A stretch of DNA of 27,946 nucleotides, taken from Anaerolineales bacterium. Lineage in GTDB: Bacteria; Chloroflexota; Anaerolineae; Anaerolineales; E44-bin32. A program made the translations under genes and the position numbers. Below the pieces are notes generated by a model. It was not told where the DNA came from, did no database searches, and saw only the letters and a program-made list of their open reading frames with translations. Of the stretch, positions 21,340-27,946 are shown piece after piece (position 1 is the first letter of the stretch; the number at the start of each line of letters is the position of its first letter). Location of the stretch: contig DAOVFE010000001.1 in assembly GCA_030673085.1 (NCBI GenBank), positions 1 through 27,946 on the forward strand. The letters run 5' to 3'.

Positions 21340-23366
21340 TCCAATCCTCCCAAAATAATTTTATCCTGCCAAAGTTGATGAGCTGCTTCGAGAATCTTAT
21401 TAACTGTCAGTCCAAAATGCTCATAGAGTTCCTGGTATGGAGCAGAAGCGCCAAAATGATCCAGCCCTATTACAGCGCCACGATCTCCAACCCAACGATG
21501 CCATCCCTGAGTCGAACCGGCTTCTATTGCTACTCGAGCGCTCACATCTGGCAGCAACACTTCGTCGCGATAAGATTCAGGCTGCTGTTCAAACAACCTC
21601 CAGCAAGGGAACGAAACCAATCGAACCGAGAGGCCTTCATCCGCCAATTTAGATCCAGCTTCTATGATAAGCTCAACTTCAGAGCCAGACGCCATTAGAA
21701 TAATCTCCGGCCTCTTCGAACCAAGATCAGCCAATACATAGGCCCCCCGGCGAAGACCTTCGGCAGATGCAAATCGGCTTCGATCCAGTGTAGGAACAGA
21801 CTGGCGGGTAAGCGCCAGAGCTGTTGGGCCATCCTTCCTCTCTAATGCTGTCAGCCAGGCTACAGCAACTTCGTTAGCGTCAGCCGGCCGGATAACGGCC
21901 AAGTCTGGAATTGAACGCAGAGCAGCAAGCTGCTCAATAGGCTGATGGGTTGGACCATCTTCACCAAGTCCAATCGAGTCATGGGTAAAAACATATATTA
22001 CTCGTTGCTTCATCATGGCCGCTAAACGAATCGCCGGGCGCAAGTAGTCTGAGAACACTAGAAACGTGCCGCCATATGGAATGATGCCGCCATGCAGCGC
22101 CATCCCATTCATCGCCGCACCCATTGCGTGCTCACGCACACCATAGTGCAGGTAACGGCTGCTTCGATCTTGAGCCGAAAAAGCGCCTTCACCGTGAATC
22201 TGGGTCTTATTTGACCCCATAAGATCGGCTGAGCCGCCCATTAATTCAGGCATAACCGGAGCAAACGCATTTATCACGGTGTTGGAAGAAACTCGGGTTG
22301 CCAGGCCTTTTTTATCTGCGGCAAATTGCGGCATTCGATCTGGCAATTCAACCGGCAATCGACCGGCATCTGTTCTTTCAAATTCGTCCGCTAGCTCGCC
22401 GTATTGTTTTCTATATCGCGCAAAGAGATCCAGCCAATCCTTTCGCTGCTTTTTGCCACGGCGTGCGATTTCCAAAAAATGCTCTCGTACATTATCGGGT
22501 ATTAAATATCGCGGCTCAAACGGCCAGCCAAGCTGCTCTTTAGCCCCGTTAAGTTCTTCTTCACCGGGGGGTTGGCCATGCGCGGCGGCTGTGTCCTGCC
22601 GGGTCGGCAGGCCATAGCCAATATGGGTTCGGCAAGCGATGAGTGATGGCCGCGGATCGCTTTTGGCGCGATGCAGCGCCTCGTCAACCGCATCCAGATC
22701 ATTGCCATCTTCAACCCTAAGAGCTTGCCATTTATATGCCCTGAAGCGCGCCAGACAATCTTCAGTGAAGGCCAGATCGGTGCTCCCGTCAATGGAAATC
22801 TGATTGTCGTCGTAGAGATAGATCAAACGCCCAAGCTTCATATGCCCCGCCAGCGATGCGGCCTCGGATGCAATCCCCTCCATAAGATCGCCATCGGAAA
22901 CGATGCCATAGATGTAATGATCTTGAATGCGAAAACCGGGGCGATTGTATCTTGCCGTTAGGTGATCGGCCGCGATGGCCATACCAACGCCAGAGGCAAA
23001 TCCCTGACCAAGCGGACCGGTGGTCATTTCGACGCCTGGCGTAAGCCCATACTCGGGATGGCCTGGCGTCTTGCTTTCCCACTGACGGAAACGCATAAGT
23101 TCTTCAAGGGATAAATCAAATCCCGAAAGATGAAGCAGCGCATATAACAGCATCGAACCATGGCCCGCAGAGAGAATAAAACGGTCTCGATCAGGCCATT
23201 TTGGGTCGGCCGGATCAATTTTCAGGTGACGGAGCCAAAGTACATAAGCCATTGCAGCGGCGCCCATGGGCAAACCGGGATGGCCTGAATTGGCTTGCTG
23301 TATTGCGTCGGCTGCCAGAAATCGGATAGTATTAATCGCTTGTGTATTTAGCTCATTATCAGACAT
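21336..23366 (-). CDS. tkt: Transketolase
   Basis: [52 protein letters not shown]. Start is probably ATG 23366 (GGAG upstream) rather than 23378. Confidence 0.98.
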   Translation of the reverse strand: MSDNELNTQAINTIRFLAADAIQQANSGHPGLPMGAAAMAYVLWLRHLKIDPADPKWPDRDRFILSAGHGSMLLYALLHLSGFDLSLEELMRFRQWESKTPGHPEYGLTPGVEMTTGPLGQGFASGVGMAIAADHLTARYNRPGFRIQDHYIYGIVSDGDLMEGIASEAASLAGHMKLGRLIYLYDDNQISIDGSTDLAFTEDCLARFRAYKWQALRVEDGNDLDAVDEALHRAKSDPRPSLIACRTHIGYGLPTRQDTAAAHGQPPGEEELNGAKEQLGWPFEPRYLIPDNVREHFLEIARRGKKQRKDWLDLFARYRKQYGELADEFERTDAGRLPVELPDRMPQFAADKKGLATRVSSNTVINAFAPVMPELMGGSADLMGSNKTQIHGEGAFSAQDRSSRYLHYGVREHAMGAAMNGMALHGGIIPYGGTFLVFSDYLRPAIRLAAMMKQRVIYVFTHDSIGLGEDGPTHQPIEQLAALRSIPDLAVIRPADANEVAVAWLTALERKDGPTALALTRQSVPTLDRSRFASAEGLRRGAYVLADLGSKRPEIILMASGSEVELIIEAGSKLADEGLSVRLVSFPCWRLFEQQPESYRDEVLLPDVSARVAIEAGSTQGWHRWVGDRGAVIGLDHFGASAPYQELYEHFGLTVNKILEAAHQLWQDKIILGGLE

Positions 23367-23619
23367 CGTTTTCTCCATGCAAACTTCTATTTTGATTTGC
23401 CGCTAGCTTCTCTGGGTAATGATAAATGCCGTAAAACTGCCCGGCAATCATCGTTATGAACTAAAAACAATTTACGCAAATCTGATCTATCTTGAATGTT
23501 GACCGGCCCTAAATAGGGGCTGTATAAAGATTACCCCTGGCCAGTTTCACTAGCAAGGCTTCGCCCACGCTTTCCAGCGAATTAGCCCAAGGTCTATAAC
23601 TACATTAAATATCATGATT

Positions 23620-23705
23620 CCACTGAAAAAAGCAGCCACCATTAGGGAAAAATGGGTATATATGGCCATCCCGTTAGCAAATGATTTCTTTTTTTCAACA
23701 CTCTC
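23620..23705. repeat. Miniature element copy E (hybrid ends)
   Basis: Left end CACTGAAAAAAGCAGCCACC is shared with copies D and F. Right end TTTTTCAACACTCTC is the reverse complement of 7348-7362. Confidence 0.6.
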
Positions 23706-23885
23706 ATGGGTCTCTTTTGATTTTTTTACCTGGCGTTATCCTCAACCCGGGCCGAAAGTTATTCTCGCCCGGTATACTGCGTCAGAAAAGAATAGCTCAA
23801 TCTCTGTGCTTACTGATGGGCTTCTATAGAGTTAAGTCTGAACAAATGACTCGGAAAAGCATCTGCTCTCCGTCCGGCAGTCGAT

Positions 23886-24248
23886 CTATGTTTGGCCCGA
23901 TTCCAAGTCCTCTAATAAGGCATCAATTATCATTTGAGCGTCATCCAATGGATCTTGTGAGTGAGGAAGGTTGAAACTGTGATTTACTTTAACCGTCAAT
24001 CGCGCCGCAGCTTCCCGAAGCGATGGATCGACTATAGAAAGGTCGCGGAACCATTGCAGTAGATCATAGGCATTAGTCTTAGCTTTCGAACCCATTCGTT
24101 CCCGACCAAAAGCGTTGATCGCAAATCCGGCAGCTCGCCGCGCACAAACCCGCGCCCGGCCTTCTAGCCCTTCCTCCCGCGCAATCTGGGCGTGGTCCAT
24201 TTCAGCTTCGATTGCCTGATTCAATTCTTGCCAATTCATGCTTCCCAT
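23886..24248 (-). CDS. Hypothetical protein, all-helical appearance (about 117-120 aa)
   Basis: Protein-like ORF with the motif EGRARVCARRAAG and a plausible amphipathic helix pattern. The start may be ATG 24239. No family assigned with confidence. Confidence 0.65.
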   Translation of the reverse strand: MGSMNWQELNQAIEAEMDHAQIAREEGLEGRARVCARRAAGFAINAFGRERMGSKAKTNAYDLLQWFRDLSIVDPSLREAAARLTVKVNHSFNLPHSQDPLDDAQMIIDALLEDLESGQT

Positions 24249-24308
24249 GCTACCACAAACTCATCCGGTCAGTGGCTGGTTGCGATCAATTCCTTAGATC
24301 ATAATATC

Positions 24309-24358
24309 AGTCCACTGAAAAAACAGCTACTAGTAGAGATTTGAGCTTTTTCCAGTGC
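24309..24358. repeat. Miniature inverted-repeat element copy F
   Basis: AGTCCACTGAAAAAACAGC ... GCTTTTTCCAGTGC, a shortened homologue of the reverse complement of copy D. Confidence 0.6.
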
Positions 24359-24369
24359 AATCATAATAT

Positions 24370-24389
24370 AAAAAACGGCTTACGCCGTC
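24370..24389 (-). terminator. Intrinsic terminator after the sigma/anti-sigma/dockerin unit
   Basis: Minus strand GACGGC-GTAA-GCCGT-TTTTT: short GC stem, GNRA-type loop and U-tract, about 40 nt after the dockerin stop. Confidence 0.55.
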
Positions 24390-24430
24390 ATGCACAAAGC
24401 TATATATCCGTTTTTATAATTAGCTATAAC

Positions 24431-25000
24431 TCATTCTACTTCATGTGATATTTGAGAGTCTTCCGGGAGGACCGGCAGATGATACAAATCCCCCTCAACA
24501 TAACTTATGATATCATTCACATCATCTAAGTCGATGTCTCCATCCCAGACAACATCCGCCTCCGCTTCCTCTGCTGGGGAGAGATCCTCTAAAGCTGCAA
24601 GGAAACGAGACAGCTTAACTGCATCCTGTTGTGTAACCAAGCCATCCTTGTTGACATCACCCGAGGGCAACTCATATAGGGATAGCGGAAGTAGTCCCAG
24701 TTTTCCGTTCGTAAATAAGTCAATCGCCTGAGCGTCAAATCCATCGATCAAATAATCGGCCACGACATTCGCCCTTTCCTTTTGAGGAAGAGTTAACGGA
24801 TGCTGGCCGGCCAAATATTCGCGAATCCATTCAGCATCTAAATATGTTATTTGGCCATCGCCGTTCACATCTCCTATGGAGAGAGAAAGCACAGTCGCTG
24901 TAGCCGTCATCTCTGGGGTTGAAGATATATATGGGGTAGCAGTTCCGCTCGGTTCGGGTGATGGCCCCTCCATTGATGTAGCACTGGGTGGCGGGGTTAC
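24431..25000 (-). CDS. Pro/Thr linker plus two tandem dockerin modules; in-frame continuation of the upstream anti-sigma gene
   Basis: GDVNGDGQITYLDA...ANVVADYLIDGFDA and GDVNKDGLVTQQDA...ADVVWDGDIDLDDV are paired F-hand Ca-binding loops. The frame is open from 25000 (VTPPPSATS-M). No Shine-Dalgarno or signal peptide at the ATG at 24973. Confidence 0.8.
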   Translation of the reverse strand, partial: VTPPPSATSMEGPSPEPSGTATPYISSTPEMTATATVLSLSIGDVNGDGQITYLDAEWIREYLAGQHPLTLPQKERANVVADYLIDGFDAQAIDLFTNGKLGLLPLSLYELPSGDVNKDGLVTQQDAVKLSRFLAALEDLSPAEEAEADVVWDGDIDLDDVNDIISYVEGDLYHLPVLPEDSQISHEVE

Positions 25001-26113
25001 TTAAGGTGTATTTTCTGCAGGCAACGCCGAAGTGACTATGGCAGTTGCATTCTCTTCTGTCTCTTTAGGCGTCATTCCGGGTACAGTTGGTGTCGCTCGA
25101 TTGTTGGCCTGAGTGGAGCACCCTTCCTCAGTCGAATTAAGATCCTGGCTAAGGGATAACGCAGCACTAGCCGCCCGCTGGGTCATGAGAGTCCCATATA
25201 AAGTGGGCAATCCTATCGCACCGGATGGCACTGAAGATTCCCGTATTGCAATTCGCGGTGGTTCTCCTCCAGAAATGTTGCCGCCACTCGCTCTGGCAAT
25301 AGCAATGCTGGTGATATTCAGAACCTCTTGACCATTCTCTACGGTTGACGCAATGTGCTGAGCGCATTCAGGAGATGCTATTGATCGTAGTTTATACAAC
25401 GCCTCCAGATGGTGCTCAATATCCTTTCTCAATGCCAAAAGATCACGGTATTGCATATTTCCGGGCGCGAGCTCTGATGGCAATATAACCTTATCGGATT
25501 CAGATACCCATGAGAATGAGGACACCAACTTGATTAAACGATCAATCGAATGATCATAGTCCATAAGAACCTGATTAATATTTTCGATCCGCCCTGTCGC
25601 TAATAGAGATTGAGTTTCATCCAAACGACGATCGGCCGACTGCGCAAGTAGTTTCGCATCTGTAAATGGTTCCCAAGAGAACAATAGACGAATCTCCTCT
25701 ACGCCTCGCTTGAAAGCAAACAACCCATCGCCGGGCAATGTTTCCCCTGATGCACGAGCAATTTCCACGCATGTAAATATCGCACCTATGCTGGTCAGCA
25801 AGGCAGCGAAGGCATATGCGAAATATCGGATACTGCGACCTTTCGCAGAGCGCTGTTTATCCTTCATGCGCTGCTCCCAGATTACACGTACTCGCTTGAT
25901 GATCCACAGCTTAGCCTTCTTCCGAAAAATCTCGGTCGGAGATTCTGGCTTGAAGCTATTCGTCAATTCAATTGTCAACTTATAATTCAACAATAGATCT
26001 TGGGCATATTCGGGATAGCGCCGAAGGCACTCTTCTATAGTCGTCTGGCCTGATTGGATTTGACTCAGACAACAATCCAAGATTTTTGGCCATGAAGATT
26101 CGTTACTGGGCAT
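25001..26113 (-). CDS. Transmembrane anti-sigma factor, DUF5667-like (RsbN-like)
   Basis: N-terminal ILDCCL...CLRRYPEYAQDL, a basic patch, then TM helix YFAYAFAALLTSIGAIFTCV. This is followed by LPGDGLFAFKRGVEEIRL...ADRRLDE and a P/T-rich tail. ATG 26113 overlaps the sigma 3' end by 11 nt. Confidence 0.8.
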   Translation of the reverse strand: MPSNESSWPKILDCCLSQIQSGQTTIEECLRRYPEYAQDLLLNYKLTIELTNSFKPESPTEIFRKKAKLWIIKRVRVIWEQRMKDKQRSAKGRSIRYFAYAFAALLTSIGAIFTCVEIARASGETLPGDGLFAFKRGVEEIRLLFSWEPFTDAKLLAQSADRRLDETQSLLATGRIENINQVLMDYDHSIDRLIKLVSSFSWVSESDKVILPSELAPGNMQYRDLLALRKDIEHHLEALYKLRSIASPECAQHIASTVENGQEVLNITSIAIARASGGNISGGEPPRIAIRESSVPSGAIGLPTLYGTLMTQRAASAALSLSQDLNSTEEGCSTQANNRATPTVPGMTPKETEENATAIVTSALPAENTP

Positions 26114-26666
26114 CCTTTTTTCCAACCCTTTTTCGCAGGGCGTTTAGCGCGCGATGCAATAGAACCCTTGTTGCGCCCTGGCTTCGTCCCATCCATATTG
26201 CCACTGTTTCGGTTGGTAGTTCGAGAAGAATTCTCAATCTAATGACCTCCTGATAAACAGCCGACAACTCTGATAAAGCCTCCTCAAGCAATTGCATGCG
26301 CTCTGAGTGGATCAGTGTCTCATCTAATGTCCTGATCCGAGCTACTTGCCGATCCGCATCCTCTAGCGGCGCCGTCTTTTTGTACTGGCGATAGTAGTCA
26401 ATAACTGCATTCCGGGCCGACCGATAAAGATAGGCAGAAAAACGCCAGCCCTGATCCTGATATCGATCAAGTGCCTGGAAAACGCGCAAGAATACCTTCT
26501 CAGTCAAATCTTCAGCATCCTCTTCAATAGCGATACGTGATCGAATATAGCGATAAATCAATGCAAGATATCGCTCGTAGAGGTCGCCAAATGCATCGAG
26601 ATCGCCTGCAATTGCCCGTTGAATAAGGTCAATATCTTTCGGATCTTTTTGTTTTTTTTCACTCAT
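26103..26666 (-). CDS. ECF sigma factor, BldN-like
   Basis: Region 2 (GDLDAFGDLYERY...DAEDLTEKVFLR...FSAYLYRSARNAVIDYYR) and region 4 (YQEVIRLR...TVAIWMGRSQGATRVLLHRAL). Adjacent to an anti-sigma gene. Confidence 0.93.
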   Translation of the reverse strand: MSEKKQKDPKDIDLIQRAIAGDLDAFGDLYERYLALIYRYIRSRIAIEEDAEDLTEKVFLRVFQALDRYQDQGWRFSAYLYRSARNAVIDYYRQYKKTAPLEDADRQVARIRTLDETLIHSERMQLLEEALSELSAVYQEVIRLRILLELPTETVAIWMGRSQGATRVLLHRALNALRKRVGKKDAQ

Positions 26667-26667
26667 G

Positions 26668-26695
26668 ACAACGAATCAATGTGGCGAATGTTACG
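26668..26695 (-). promoter_or_regulatory. ECF-type promoter motif CGTAAC-N16-CGTTGT
   Basis: Directly abuts the sigma ATG. Fits the ECF pattern (AAC at -35, CGT at -10, 16-nt spacer). Confidence 0.6.
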
Positions 26696-26861
26696 GTCCC
26701 CCTTAAATCACCCTTACATGATCCCTATCATTCGCATAATCCCCCTGGTGGTGGCGTTTCCCCCTACAACCAAGATAGCATGATTTGGCTAGTTTGTGTA
26801 ATCCCACAATGGTAATATGGTATTAAAGTACCGGTATACAGACAGCTCAAAGGAGGTCGGG

Positions 26862-27638
26862 ATGAATTTGCTAGAAAAAACAGCCCTAGTTACTGGGTCC
26901 GGACGAGGTATCGGTCGAGCTATTGCGCTTCGATTGGCACAAGAAGGTGCCGATTTGATAATCAACTTCTTCCGCAATCGAGCCCCGGCTGAGGCCACCG
27001 CCGAGCAAATCCGGGCAATAGGACGGCGGGCTATCGTAGTTAAGGCGAATGTCGGCGAGATTGATGGAATCAATAGCCTTTTCAAAGCTGCTCGTGATGC
27101 TTATGGCAGACTGGATATTCTCGTCTGCAACGCCGCTTCTGGATATAACCGGCCGGCGCTCAAGCAAAAGCCCAAAGGGTGGGAGTGGACGATGAACATT
27201 AATGCCCGATCGGTCCTTTTTTGCGCTCAGCAGGCTGTTCCGCTAATGCAAGCCCAAGGCGGCGGTCATATCGTTAATATATCCAGTCCAGGATCTTTCC
27301 GCGTTCTTCCAGATTACATCGTAGTAGGCGCCAGCAAGGCTGCAATAGAATCCCTCACGCGTTACTTGGCTGTTGAGCTCGCACCACATAACATTGTCGT
27401 AAACGCCGTCTCACCCGGTATCGTTCAAACCGATGCCCTCAAACATTTTGACGTCCTCCGAGAGGGTAATGTCATTCCACATGCAATTGAGGCGACGCCG
27501 GCCGGAAGGCTAGTCTCTCCCGAAGATGTCGCTAATGTGGTGAATTTTCTCTGTTCTCCTGCAGCTTCAATGATCCGCGGACAGACTATTTTGGTTGATG
27601 GGGGTTATACGCTGCCGGTATTTGCAGTAACGCCCTGA
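26862..27638 (+). CDS. fabL: Enoyl-ACP reductase FabL-type short-chain dehydrogenase
   Basis: TGSGRGIG, NAASG, WTMNINARS, VGASKAAIESLTRYLAVELA, TDALKHF and MIRGQTILVDGG closely follow B. subtilis FabL as I recall it. Start ATG 26862 after AGGAGG. Confidence 0.8.
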   Translation: MNLLEKTALVTGSGRGIGRAIALRLAQEGADLIINFFRNRAPAEATAEQIRAIGRRAIVVKANVGEIDGINSLFKAARDAYGRLDILVCNAASGYNRPALKQKPKGWEWTMNINARSVLFCAQQAVPLMQAQGGGHIVNISSPGSFRVLPDYIVVGASKAAIESLTRYLAVELAPHNIVVNAVSPGIVQTDALKHFDVLREGNVIPHAIEATPAGRLVSPEDVANVVNFLCSPAASMIRGQTILVDGGYTLPVFAVTP

Positions 27639-27646
27639 AAGACGAA

Positions 27647-27690
27647 GTGAAGAACCCCGCAGCAAGCTGTGGGGGTTCCCGGCTTTTTCC
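27647..27690. repeat. Short copy of the 6501-6626 palindromic element
   Basis: GTGAAGAACCCCGCAGCAAGCTG is identical to 6501-6523. It ends in GGCTTTTTCC like 6617-6626. Confidence 0.7.
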
Positions 27691-27784
27691 CATGAGCGCG
27701 GCTTAGGAGCCCCGCACAGAAACCACTATTATCTAAATAGATAATCAACAGGGCTGAATCACGTTTCCAATACGGCTGACCATC

Positions 27785-27821
27785 AAGACCTCGGAGGTTT
27801 CCCTGAAACCTTCGAGGTCTT
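27785..27821. repeat. REP-like doublet palindrome
   Basis: AAGACCTCGGAGGTTTC-CCT-GAAACCTTCGAGGTCTT: 16/17 inverted match, each arm itself an imperfect palindrome, followed by a T-run. Confidence 0.6.
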
Positions 27822-27946
27822 TTTCTGTTTTCATTATCTATCGTCGATCAAGAATTAAATGCCATAGAGAAAGAGATCCCCCTTAATAGTACTGGAACAC
27901 GCCAGTCGGTTTGAGTAAATGACAAAACCCTCAAAATTCCTTTAGG

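Noticed and set aside
24431-24973. Evidence for a cellulosome
   Set aside because: No cohesin, scaffoldin or glycoside hydrolase is present in the window, and dockerins occur widely outside cellulosomes.
25001-25003. Genetic-code reassignment, selenocysteine or pyrrolysine at the internal stop
   Set aside because: The codon is TAA, not TGA or TAG, and TAA terminates rpsG, mtnA, ahcY and degV normally in this window.
27848-27946. 3' end of a minus-strand gene at the window edge
   Set aside because: A frame is open for only about 32 codons and has no recognisable motif.

Overview
Housekeeping-rich window, most likely from a Chloroflexota (Anaerolineae-like) chromosome; this assignment is inferred from RpoB/S12 sequence features and gene content. 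In order: the start of the str operon on the minus strand (partial fusA, rpsG, rpsL) directly downstream of an rpoB that has no rpoC after it and no rplL before it; a THEP1-like NTPase; a TPR/lytic-transglycosylase lipoprotein; a SAM-byproduct recycling operon (mtnA, adenosine kinase, GNAT, ahcY); DegV; a 4-coumarate-CoA-ligase-like enzyme; a translationally coupled tkt-rpiB-tal/pgi operon; a hypothetical gene; a BldN-like ECF sigma/anti-sigma pair; and fabL. The most notable locus is the ECF pair. The membrane anti-sigma (DUF5667-like) continues in frame, across a single TAA, into a Pro/Thr linker and two tandem dockerin modules. A CGTAAC-N16-CGTTGT ECF-type promoter abuts the sigma start codon. 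Intergenic spacers carry at least six related miniature inverted-repeat elements and two other palindromic repeat types. RpoB has unusual rifampicin-pocket substitutions and a long, internally repeated insertion. No rRNA, tRNA, CRISPR array or intact transposase was seen. All alignments were done by eye.
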